A stretch of 63,059 nucleotides of DNA, the filler included, from Octopus bimaculoides (taxonomy: Eukaryota): NCBI RefSeq assembly GCF_001194135.2. It is 4 parts of 4 records of this genome, joined end to end, with 100 filler letters (N's around TTAATTAATTAA, not from the genome) between each part and the next. Parts side by side here need not be neighbours in the genome. Positions count along the whole stretch, not along the records: positions 19,458 to 27,036 come from NC_068998.1; positions 27,137 to 49,642 come from NC_068986.1; 2 more parts are not named here. The stretch is one strand, 5' to 3'. The position numbers and the translations under genes are program-made. This document shows, one piece after another, positions 24,415 to 35,879 of this stretch (position 1 is the first letter of the stretch; each line of letters begins with the position of its first letter). Under the pieces are notes generated by a model. The model made no database searches. It was not told the origin of the DNA and was given only the letters and a program-made list of their open reading frames with translations.

Positions 24415-26069
24415 AACGGATGAAATAACGCCGAGCACTTTGACCGGCGTGCTAACGATTTTGCCAGCTCACCGCCTTTCCCTGATTTATATAATACCAA
24501 GACATGATTGTCACGCTTGGAACATCATTGATCATAGCTCTACTGGATCAAACTGACCTCGTGGCCTCCTTAACAGAAGACAAAACGACAGCAATAACAA
24601 CAACAACACCAATAACAACAACAACACCAATAACAACAACAATAGTAATAACAACAACAACGCCATTAGATCATTAGTGTAATTAGCAAGCTTTATTAAT
24701 TGCCGTCCATAAATTACAACTTTAATTATCATCTTAATTAAGATGACATAATTAAAAACAAAACAATACCATTTCTTTTCTCTCTTTATTAATTTATTTT
24801 GCATTACGCTTGTCTGTTTATTACAAATATGTTACTCTTGTTATTGTTGTTGCTGTCTTTGTTGATGTTGTTGTTGTTGTTGTGTAGCCCCGGGCCAATA
24901 CTGGACCAGCAGATTCACAAGCAAATACGTTCCGGCCTTGACCATCCTGCCTTTTTATATATATACATATATATATATATCTAACTACATTGGCCGACAT
25001 GCGTTTTTTCTTTGTGTTTTCTATTCTTTTTTCTTTCCTTTTGATGGCATGGTGCAGTTGAGGGTGGTTTGGCTGTTCTTTCTAATAGATCACATCGAGT
25101 ACTCTCCGCCCACCACCACCACCACCACCAGGTCGCTGGAGATGTCGTTATTCATGTACTGTTGTTTTGATGTTCATATTGTTGCAGCAGTCGCTGTTGT
25201 TGTCATTGTAGCTTTCAGCCTTGCTACTCTTATGGGTCTTAACTATTGTTTTTGGTTTTGTTGTCTGCAACGAGCTGGCAGAATTGTAAGCACGCCGGAC
25301 AAAATGCTTAGCGGCATTTCATCCGTCTTTAGGTTCTGAATTCAACTTCTGCTGAGGCCGATTTCACCTTTCATCCTTTCGTGGTCGATAAAATAAATAC
25401 CAGTTGAGCACTGGGGTCGATATAACCTATCAGCCCCTCCACCCCACCAAAATTTCGGGCTTTGTACCTATTATAGAAAGAAATATCATTAATATTTCGC
25501 CGGAGTCCACTTTGCCATTCATCCTTTCGTGGTCGATAAAATAAGTACCAGTTGACTCCTGGGTTCAATGAATCTATTGTACCTATTATAATAAAATCTA
25601 TTTTTATCATTGCACCGAGGTGATTACATTTCATCCTTTCAGGATCAATAAATTAAGTACCAGTTGATTACTGAGGTGGGAGGTGGGAAGACAATGTAAT
25701 CGATCACACCTCCCACCAAATCTCAGGCCTTGCGCCTATAGAAGAAAGGTTTTTATTGTTGTTATTGTTATTATTACTGTTCTTGTTGTTATTGGCTGTT
25801 ACGGTGGTTGCCATTGGTGCTACTTTTGTAATTAATGCTATTATTGTTATTATGGTGCTGCTCCAGTATGACCGCATCTACATGGTTTCATGGTTTAAAT
25901 GAACAAAAGAATTTGCTGGTGGTATCCCTATTGTTATTATTGCCGTTAAAAAATTTTTGTTTTTATTAAACTCGACCTCGGCGGAATTTGAACTCATAAC
26001 GTAAACACAGACGAAATACCGCTCAACGTTTCGCCCGGAGCGCTAACGACTCTGCCAGCTCGCCGCCTT
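24415..26069. mobile_element. Family-A SINE cluster: 24415-24478 (-), 25268-25490 (+), 25495-25600 (+), 25612-25750 (+), 25975-26069 (-)
   Basis: Family-A motifs in both orientations. Confidence 0.8.
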
Positions 26070-26099
26070 ATGGACTTACTCATATTGTTATCGTTATAC

Positions 26100-26100
<1 letters not shown>

Positions 26101-26165
<65 letters not shown>

Positions 26166-26428
26166 CGATGATGACGACGACGATTTTGATGACGATGAAG
26201 ATGATGATGATGATGACGACGACGATGATGGTGATGAGGAAGAAGATGATGACGGTGATGATGATAATGATGACGACGATGACGATTTTGATGATGATGA
26301 TGAGGATAATGATGATGATGGAGATGACGACGACGATTTTGATGATGATGACGATGATGATGATGACGATGTTGATGATGAAGACGATCATGATGATGAC
26401 GATGATGATAGCGATGATGATGATGATG
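26101..26428. repeat. Degenerate (GAT/GAC)n trinucleotide repeat
   Basis: Seen directly. Confidence 0.95.
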
Positions 26429-26949
26429 TCCATATTTATGTCTATTCATCATTCACGGGACACCTCCACCACCACCTCCATCACCACCATCCCCATTATC
26501 ATCAGTATCATCAACGTCACCTTCATGACCCCTGACAACAATAACAACGACAGAAACAAGACGAAATAATGAGGTGATCGATTGATCCGAGAGAAACCGC
26601 GACCCCCCTCCAAGCCAGACCCTGCTGTCATATCAAATTAACGAATAAAATTATAACTAAAATTAAGTGACAAGTTAAACGCTAGAGTAATGGAGATATA
26701 GAAAATGGGAAGGTCGCGGCTGGAAGGCGTCGGGTCAGCCATAACACGTTAATCAATGTGCAGTTAGTTCCGTTGACACAGTAACTGAAGAGTCATCGCG
26801 TAAATCAACGGAGGTCCTTTTACGTGATGTGTGTGCGTGCATGCGTGTGACTCACAGGGGATGTATGAATGCATGTGTGTTTATATGTGTGTTTATATGT
26901 GTGCTTATGCGTGCAAATATGTATATATGTTTGTGCATGTGAGTGTGTG

Positions 26950-27036
<87 letters not shown>

Positions 27037-27147
27037 NNNNNNNNNNNNNNNNNNNNNNNNNNNNNNNNNNNNNNNNNNNNTTAATTAATTAANNNNNNNN
27101 NNNNNNNNNNNNNNNNNNNNNNNNNNNNNNNNNNNNCACACACACAC

Positions 27148-27178
<31 letters not shown>

Positions 27179-27199
27179 TATTCTAGAAAGCATAATCGT

Positions 27200-27940
27200 T
27201 GGCGTTACAAAGCCATGTGGTCAACACTCTATTAAAATCACAACGTGGAAGTGCACCGCTACACTGAGCTCCAGTACTACTCACAAACCTAACAGAAATT
27301 ATAGGAGAGCTTGAAAAACAGAAAAGCCATTCAGCATTCTGATTTTCTTCAATATCTACAGAGTTTTCAACTCTATTCCTTGCTCCAGTCGCTAACCTAT
27401 TGCACAACAAGTACCCCAAACCGTCAGGTCATCAACTACTCTGCATTGTATAGTCACTGAATATTCAACACTCTCAAGTCACGCGATATTCAATGCACTC
27501 AGATCCCTGAGGTACTCAACACTGTTAGATGACTAAATGCTTATTATTGTCTGGTCCCTAATAACTCGGTACTATCAGGTGGATAACTCTATTTTATGTA
27601 CGTGACCAGCATTTTCAGAACTTAAATTTCGTGAATGACATTTCACAATGATGCGATCTCTTACCCACGCTTTCCAACCTTCTCCTAGACGACCTCACTG
27701 CACCGTTATGAAAAATGCATGTAACATCAAACACAAATAACATCACACTCACACATCTTACAGCTATTCTCTTGACTCCACTACACAACTACTCCAAACC
27801 TAGAAATCTGGTTCCAAGAATAATAAACTTAAAGCAGCACCTACCAAATCCTATGTGCCTCTTCTTACCTGTAATACTCCGGTATTACAGGTAAGAATAC
27901 AACCAAATACAATCAACCATCACACTCAACAGCTTAAATA
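27200..27940 (+). mobile_element. Jockey/I-group-like LINE reverse-transcriptase relic
   Basis: LLTNLTEII...LIFFNIYRVFNSIP (LD.SKAFD position), LLPTLSNLLLDDL (LSP.LFN), TSNTNNIT (SYADDIT position), LEIWF..NKLKAAPTKS; many lesions. Confidence 0.7.
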
Positions 27941-28637
27941 TATAACACAAACGCTGATTCATGCATACAAACATATATATACATGCAAATAAAGAGGGGG
28001 AGAATATAAATTATAAGGCAGGAAAAATATCACGAAGTATAAAAATGCATTTGGTGAAGTAGCTGAAGCCACCATATTATGCTTACAGATCGCAAAATGC
28101 TGTCAGATTTCATGACTTTTGGCCCGCCTAGTACTAAGAGTTAAATATAAAATATAACATTTCGATGGTGTATGATTTTGACACTGCCGTTTTGGCGCCG
28201 TTTACCTGGTGACGCTGATTCGACGCTGACTTATTTGACATCAGCCTCTTTAATGTTTCGTTCTCTCGCTCACTCGTTCGAATTCATCCACCCTACTGAA
28301 TACTTTTTTAATGGTCTTCTTGTAAATAATATATCATTGCATATTGTTTTTGTTGTTGCAGATAACGATGATGATGATTCTATTATTGTTCGTTCAGCTG
28401 TCATTATCGTCGTCGTCGTCGTCGCTGTCGTGGTGGTGGTGGTNNNNNNNNNNNNNNNNNNNNNNNNNNNNNNNNNNNNNNNNNNNNNNNNNNNNNNNNN
28501 NNNNNNNNNNNNNNNNNNNNNNNNNNNNGCTCCTGCTCGGTCATCTCTGATTAAGCAGACATAAAGTATTCTACTTGTGACCATGGCCTTTTTGTTATTG
28601 TTTTGTTTGTTCTTGTATTGTTTTTTGTTTGTTTTGT

Positions 28638-29432
28638 TTTTTAATATGCCCACTGACTATTTGCGACACCAGTGCTTGAATAGACAAGGAAGTTCTATAT
28701 ATCATTGATGGGAGAATCGACTGAACATCTATCACGGAGGAACTACAGCATTTATTATCTAGGCAGATAATACAAAGATATCCATCACTAAACTCTAGTT
28801 ACAGTTGAAGCAACAACAGCAACAACAACGACGACGACGACGACAACAACAGCAACAACAACGATAACAGTTGCAATGATAACATCTGCATTCTACAAAA
28901 ACTATGTATTATCTGGACTACAACATATATTATCTAGACTATAATATAAATCATCTAGACTGCAGCATATATTAAAAAATAGTCAATAGCAGTATGAGCA
29001 ATAGGCTAATAATCTAGGATATAATATAGATTATCCAGACTACAACGCATATTATCTAGACAATAATATATATTATCTAGACTACAGCATATATTAAAAA
29101 GTAATAAATGGCGTTAGGAGCAGTATTACTACCAAAAAGTAATCTTGATCTCCAGCTTAACGTGGATGTTGTATTAGAATACAGAATACTGCGTTATTTA
29201 CCCTGAGTGGATCTCTCATAGGGGTTCATGGTGCGTAGAAGCACAAATAATTATATTGTTGCCAGACGAGAATCGTCTGCTACGGCCGTCGGAACTGTCA
29301 GATCACGTTATTTCATCTTGCTATGGGTTCCTCCGTGATAGATGTTCAGTCGAATCTCCCATCAATGATATATAGAACTTCCTTGTCTATTCAAGCACTG
29401 GTGTCGCAAATAGTCAGTGGGCATATTAAAAA
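28638..29432. repeat. 106-bp inverted repeat (105/106 match) separated by 583 bp
   Basis: 28638-28743 vs reverse complement of 29327-29432, one mismatch. Confidence 0.95.
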
Positions 29433-30420
29433 ATAATTATTAGAGACAGTACCAGTATTAATACGAAAAGGTAATCTTTATCTTCAACGTATCGTGGAGG
29501 TTGTGTTAGAACACAAAATACTGCGTTATTTACCTCGAGAGGATCTCTCATAAGGACTCGTGATGCATCGTGGTGCCTAAAACAACACATAATTATATAG
29601 TTGACAGAAGAGAATCGTCTGCTACGGCCACTGACGAGAGATTCGGTTATTTACCTTGAGATCTTAAGGTAAATAGCGAGAATTTTGTATTCTAACATAG
29701 CCTCCACGTTAAGTTAGAGATCAAGACTACCTTTATATCATATATTATTTCGACTACAAAATATATAATCAGCCTCACAACATATATTATCAAGACTACA
29801 ACTGCAGTATATATTGACAATGCTCCAACATGTATTATTTGGAATAGAACATTACTATCCACCCACAAACATGTAATCAAGACTACAATATTATTATCTA
29901 GACCACAATATATATTGTCTAAATTACAGTACGTATTATTTACAACGATAGATATTGTCTACACTCCAATATATATTATCTAGATTACTAAATATATCAT
30001 CTAGACTGCGACATGCATTATGTAGACTATAGCCTGTATTATCTAGTGCAGTGCTTCTCAAGCTATCTGATGTGACGGACCGGCAGTTTTTTTGTTTTTG
30101 TTTTTTTGTACCAGGGATCGGTAATATTTCTTAGTAATATTAATTTATACCGGAAACAATATATATAAATATAATAAAAGTTGACAATTATTTTTTATCT
30201 TATATTTATTTTATAAACAAATAATACAATATTACATAAGCATTTTATAATGTTTCTTTCTTTTCTGGAAACTCGCCGCATACCGGCAGCTGATGGCTCG
30301 CGGACCGGCACCCGTCCGCGGACCACCACTTTGACTAACACTGATCTAGAGCACAGCACATATACATTACAATAATTATCATTTAAGCTATTATATATAT
30401 TATCTAGACTCTAACATGTT
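28900..30420. repeat. Degenerate about 21-bp minisatellite (TATATTATCTAGACTACAACA) in blocks 28900-29095 and 29740-30420
   Basis: Many TATTATCTAGACTAC variants. Confidence 0.8.
30049..30343. mobile_element. hAT-Charlie-type MITE (295 bp)
   Basis: TIR CAGTGCTTCTCAA / TTGACTAACACTG; 8-bp TSD ATCTAGTG / ATCTAGAG fits the Charlie NTCTAGAN target. Confidence 0.85.
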
Positions 30421-30886
30421 TTATACACCACCAATCACAATTCACCACCCGCCAATTGATTATCTCCCCTTTCTATATCCTTTACGTCTTTAAACTACTA
30501 CACCATACCAAACTATATTTCACGACATTACCACTGCACGCTACATATCTTATCGCTCTGTACTATTTATACTCAATACACTACCACATTGCACACTATA
30601 TACACTGTGGCATACCATATACAATACACTGTCACACTATATACCTTCTTTATATTATATACGTTACCCAATCTATACACACTGTACATAACCACGCCAC
30701 ATATGCTATGCACTATCGCACTGTGTACCCTCTATATATTGATGGTGCTAGTAGTTGTGGTAGTGGTGGTGGTGGTGGTGGTGGTGGTGGTGGTGGTGGT
30801 GGTGGTGGTGGTGGTGGTGGCTTAGATATTGTTGCTATATTCTTAGTATTGGTAGAATACAGATGCTATCATTACAACTGTGCTGC

Positions 30887-30920
<34 letters not shown>

Positions 30921-31693
30921 GCTCAACTGTAACTAGAGCTACCAATTTAGTGATGGATATCTTTGTAACTATTAACACTGTCGTCGTCGTCGTCGTCGTT
31001 GTTGTTGTTGTTGTTGATGCAACAGCAGCAACAACAACAGTAACTCCTCTTCCACCACTCCTCATTACCCTCCTCCTTTCCATATCTCTGACAATGCCAG
31101 TGTGTCTGACTCCATCGTTCATTCCTTTAGGTTAGTTCTGCTACTTTACCAAAGATGGAATCAATAGTAATTCATCAGCTTCTTTCAATTATATTGAAAG
31201 TTTCTCCTCTGCTGGTGGCTCTATATACATGCATACATACAGACATACATACGTACATACAGACCTATATATATACATAGATACATGCATACAGACATAT
31301 ATACACGCATGCATGCATGCATACGTACATACAGACATATAAGCATGAATATATACAAACTTACTTGCACACACACAGATATACATACACACAGATATAC
31401 CTAAATGCACACACACATATACATATATACATACATAAACACATATATCAGACATACATGCATACATACATACATAAACATATCAGATATACATGAATAC
31501 ATACATACTTGCATACATAATATGGCGACGAATTCAGTCAAGTCAGTACAAGGAAAACTATCTTTCTAAAATGAATATTATCCCCTAGAAATTTTGCCAT
31601 TGATCAAATCCTAGTCAAAAATTGGTAATTTCGGATAAATACGAAGAAGCGCCCTGTTTCTTTTTTCTTTTTGTTTTCTTTTCTTTTTTTCAG

Positions 31694-32200
31694 GAGATAA
31701 AAGCAATAATCAAACAACACATTAGGTGAATTATGATGTGGGGAGTGAGCAAACATCTTTCCCACAAGTTATAAAGCAAACAAAGAACCTCTTAATGATT
31801 GTTGCAACACTACCAAACGAAAAATCATTTGGAAGAGACTTAATAGTTTTCAGTACAAAAAGCTACAGGGAAGACTTCGTTAACCTGTTCAAAAGAGCAA
31901 TCAACGCTTAGACTGACATTCCAGACTGGTTGGCAGTTGCACGTACAACACTAGTAGTTAAAAACTAGGAATCGCACGCGGTCGAAAAGTACAGTCGCAC
32001 AGCGTTCTTGAATGTGATGTATAAATTATATACAGGTTACTTGAATACGTTCCTCCAGGATCACCATGAAACACACTATGGTAAGTCGGCAGTGATAGGT
32101 CGGCAGAAAGCAAGAAATGACTCTGCAGCTATGCCAGACAGCACCCCATCAGCAATGTTGTCCTTAAGGAATCGAAATAACATCGTCAAAACCGGGTAAA
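31694..32200 (+). mobile_element. R4/Dong-like LINE RT fragment
   Basis: DIPDWLAVARTTLVVKN...KY...FLNVMYKLYTGYLNTFLQDH matches the RT N-terminal motifs of R4/Dong elements; in-frame stops. Confidence 0.8.
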
Positions 32201-32319
32201 TCTATGGATGCACAATACGAACGCGATTGACTGGTCTTAAGACATTAAGTATGTAACATCGATAATATTTACATTATAGAGTTACTTTCTAATATTGCAA
32301 TACAAAATTCAAAATTTGA

Positions 32320-32359
<40 letters not shown>

Positions 32360-32399
32360 ATATACGGGTACAGGACGCCACCAACTGTGTAAACAACAT

Positions 32400-33000
32400 G
32401 AAATACGTAAGACAAACAAGTTAAATACGTAAACGAGAGGGAAAATGGAAAACAGGACAAGTAAACACAGAGAAACGACCCTTCATCAGTTATTGGCTGT
32501 CTATCTATTCCTCATTTCGAGCATTCAACGACAATATGAGTCTTCAAAGACATTTGCTTTCATGAAAATTCTAAAATAAAATTTAAGATTTATGGAGGGT
32601 CAAAGTTGGGAACAAAAACAGGACAGTGGAGGCATACAAAGAAACCGAACGAAAACAAACATGGAGGGTCGTTAGACCAGAACTAGAGGAAAATAGTGAA
32701 CGCTGGGAGAAATATTTTCTTTGAAAAGAGAAAAGATAGAAGAGAGAGAAAAAACGTCCAGTCTTTTGAACGTCCGAACAGGAAAAGAAAGATGGTTACG
32801 TGAGGAAAAGAAAGATGGACGATGGACACTTGTGAGCAACGAGAGAGAAAACTAGGAGGGAGTGAGAGAGAGAGAGATAGAAAACTGTGAAAGAGAGGGG
32901 CTGAAGAAGGGAATTAGAGAAGGATGGAGGAAGAAAACACTATAGAGTCGCATCAAAAAGGTGAAGATAAACTTAATTGGAAATGGATGCGTGGCGTTCA
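32400..33000 (-). mobile_element. Penelope-like element 3' end / pLTR-like region
   Basis: Loose similarity to a PLE GIY-YIG terminus at 32940-33000, a CT-rich UTR, and CTGATGAAGGG at 32481-32491 (minus). Family recognition is from memory. Confidence 0.5.
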
Positions 33001-33049
33001 ATTAAATAATAATAATAAATGATATACATATATATTTATATACATATAT

Positions 33050-33229
33050 TGTTCTATATTTAAACCATGAGGAATTATGTACATTATTTACATTATTTAC
33101 ATTTGACGGATATTTGTCCTCATCTTGTTTGTTGTTAACACAACGTTTTGGCTGCTATACTCTCCAGCCTTCATCAGGTGTCTTGGGGAAATTTCGAACC
33201 TGGGTTCTCATTCCTCAGGTATTTTTCGA

Positions 33230-33315
<86 letters not shown>

Positions 33316-33430
33316 TCACTGCGTGGAATCGAACTCGGAATATTGGGGTTAGTAGCCTGCACTCTTAACCACTACGCTATATGGTTAAAGAGCGCGGGCT
33401 ACTAACTCCAAGATTTCGAGTTCGATACCA
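33050..33430 (-). mobile_element. Non-autonomous element: tRNA-like Pol III head + (TAA)n + hammerhead motif + (TGTAAATAA)n tail, with an inverted second head running into a gap
   Basis: A-box TAGCGTAGTGG (33369-33379, minus) and B-box GTTCGATTCC (33325-33334, minus); 33324-33371 is an inverted repeat of 33382-33430. Confidence 0.8.
33137..33182 (-). ncRNA. Minimal type-I hammerhead ribozyme motif (G12 mutated to A in this copy)
   Basis: GACAC CTGATGA A GGCTG-loop-CAGCC [A]AA ACGT T GTGTT: helix I 5 bp, helix II 5 bp, palindromic ACGT helix III. Confidence 0.7.
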
Positions 33431-34586
33431 NNNNNNNNNNNNNNNNNNNNNNNNNNNNNNNNNNNNNNNNNNNNNNNNNNNNNNNNNNNNNNNNNNNNNN
33501 NNNNNNNNNNNNNNNNNNNNNNNNNNNNNNNNNNNNNNNNNNNNNNNNNNNNNNNNNNNNNNNNNNNNNNNNNNNNNNNNNNNNNNNNNNNNNNNNNNNN
33601 NNNNNNNNNNNNNNNNNNNNNNNNNNNNNNNNNNNNNNNNNNNNNNNNNNNNNNNNNNNNNNNNNNNNNNNNNNNNNNNNNNNNNNNNNNNNNNNNNNNN
33701 NNNNNNNNNNNNNNNNNNNNNNNNNNNNNNNNNNNNNNNNNNNNNNNNNNNNNNNNNNNNNNNNNNNNNNNNNNNNNNNNNNNNNNNNNNNNNNNNNNNN
33801 NNNNNNNNNNNNNNNNNNNNNNNNNNNNNNNNNNNNNNNNNNNNNNNNNNNNNNNNNNNNNNNNNNNNNNNNNNNNNNNNNNNNNNNNNNNNNNNNNNNN
33901 NNNNNNNNNNNNNNNNNNNNNNNNNNNNNNNNNNNNNNNNNNNNNNNNNNNNNNNNNNNNNNNNNNNNNNNNNNNNNNNNNNNNNNNTATATATATATAT
34001 ATATATATTGCATAATATAAGACGATGTTCAAATTGCTGCACATTCTCTCCCCAGATCCTAAAGACTGATACCTGGTTAGTTAGTTCCCATTTGACTAGA
34101 TATCTCGTAGTGATGAAATTTCATAATAACATCACGTTCACTTTTTATGGTATCGTCAGTGTTATGTTTATAGCATACAACTAAGACAGCTTTGTCTTTT
34201 CTTTTTACAAAAACACCAGTGAATTCATGAGGAGTCTTCAGCATTCCTTTTCATATCTTCCCATCTTGCCAAGATGACATGAAGTGCGATCGATTTATTT
34301 ATTTATGGAACAACATAAGTAGAAGTTTCACTTTGTATTCGGTGTTTCCCAGCATTTTGTCATTTCCACCTATTGACATCGTTCAACAACGTATATACCA
34401 ATTGATTTTATACCCAGCGAGTTTAGTAATGTCATGATTGGCTTGCTCTGAGTTCAACACCCGCAAAAGAAATATAACATTACCTTTCATCTTTTCGAAG
34501 TTAATACACAAAATACGAGAGCAGTACTGATGTTGATATCCACACGCTATTCTCTCTCTCTCTGTCTCTGTCTCTCTCTCTCTGTC

Positions 34587-34627
<41 letters not shown>

Positions 34628-34809
34628 TATTTAAAACTCCAGTTTTGTCATATCGTGTCGAGCTGCAGAAGGCATTAAAGATACATGTGTTTATGGATTA
34701 CTCAGCTACGTAAATATTAATTTCACAATTATTAATTCAGTTGATAGCACAACTGAATGTTCATCGTTGAGTCCGACGGAGAGCCCACCAATGTGTACGC
34801 CGCATTGTA

Positions 34810-35110
34810 CAAGGCGTTCGGGCTATATTTGACAGTTTGCGTAAAAGGAAAGAAAACACAATATCCCATCCAAAAATAACAGTATTTAAAAAAAAAAAAA
34901 ATGAACTAGATTACGACAGGAAGATAGCAGTTTCCTCAAAGTAACCGCCCTCAGCTTCCACCACGGCCACAAGACGGCTCCGGAATCCGTCGCATGTTTT
35001 CTTCATTGTGTCCCTGGGAAGATCTTTGAACATCTCCTTGATCTTGGCTACCAGCTCGACTTGCGTGTTACAGGCAGAACGGTTGGTGTCTTTTTCAACC
35101 GAACCACACA
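34810..35110 (-). mobile_element. Tc1/mariner (DD37D/Tc1-like) transposase C-terminus plus one TIR
   Basis: GSVEKDTNRSACNT...FRSRLVAVVEAEGGYFE; TA+CAAGGCGTTCGGGCTATATTTGACAG end at 34808. Confidence 0.8.
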
Positions 35111-35322
35111 CTTTTCAGCAGCCCCTTCTATCTTCCCTTTCTATAACTTTTCATTCTATAACAACTCATTATATACTATCTGTGTACTTTCATTATGTAA
35201 CCACCCGTTATATACACACTTGTTATATATCCTCTCGTTATGTATACTCCTTCATATGCTTCCCGATTATATACACCCTCATTGTATACCCACACATCTA
35301 ATACTCTCGTATTATATAGTGA

Positions 35323-35710
35323 AGGCGCAATGGCCCAGTGGTTAGGTCAGCGGACTCGCGGTCATAGGATCGCGGTTTCGATTCCCAGACCAGGCGTTGT
35401 GAGTGTTTATTGAACGAAAACACCTAAAGCTCCACGAGGCTCCGGCAGGGGATGGTGGCGAACTCTGCTGTACGCTTCCACCACAACTTTTTCTCACTCT
35501 TACTTCCTGTTTCTGTTGTGCCTGTATTTCAAAGGGTCAGCCTTGTCACACTGTGTCACGCTGAATATCCCCGAGAACTACGTTAAGGGTACACGTGTCT
35601 GTGGAGTGCTCAGCCACTTGCACGTTAATTTCACGAGCAGGCTGTTCCGTTGATCGGATCAACTGGAACCCTCGACGTCGTAAGCGACGGAGTGCCAACA
35701 ACAACAACAA
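35323..35710 (+). mobile_element. tRNA-derived SINE family C, full length, (CAA)n tail
   Basis: A-box TGGCCCAGTGG, B-box-like GGTTTCGATTCC; matches 11102-11487 in reverse. A decayed related tail lies at about 34680-34790. Confidence 0.92.
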
Positions 35711-35879
35711 TATACACTGACATTATATGCCCATTATATACCCTCATATTCTATACCCTCTCATTATATACCCAACCAACTGTAGCCTCCTGTTCTACTA
35801 CGTCGTTGCTCGACTAGCTGGAAATGGCTGCCCACAAATCACAACGCTAATGTTTAAAAATGGGAATGCTATATGAGAT

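Noticed and set aside
32481-32530. CTGATGAAGGG on the minus strand as a hammerhead
   Set aside because: No downstream GAAA or helix III could be formed.
33311-33379. tRNA gene with ACT anticodon
   Set aside because: The anticodon and acceptor stems are broken and the sequence is fused to repeat sequence; it is a SINE-type head, not a tRNA gene.
34056-34075. 20-nt microexon candidate (CCCCAG|ATCC...CCTG|GTTAGT) and strong lone acceptors at about 14598 and 38635
   Set aside because: Such signals arise by chance in pyrimidine-rich DNA; there is no supporting frame or good partner site.
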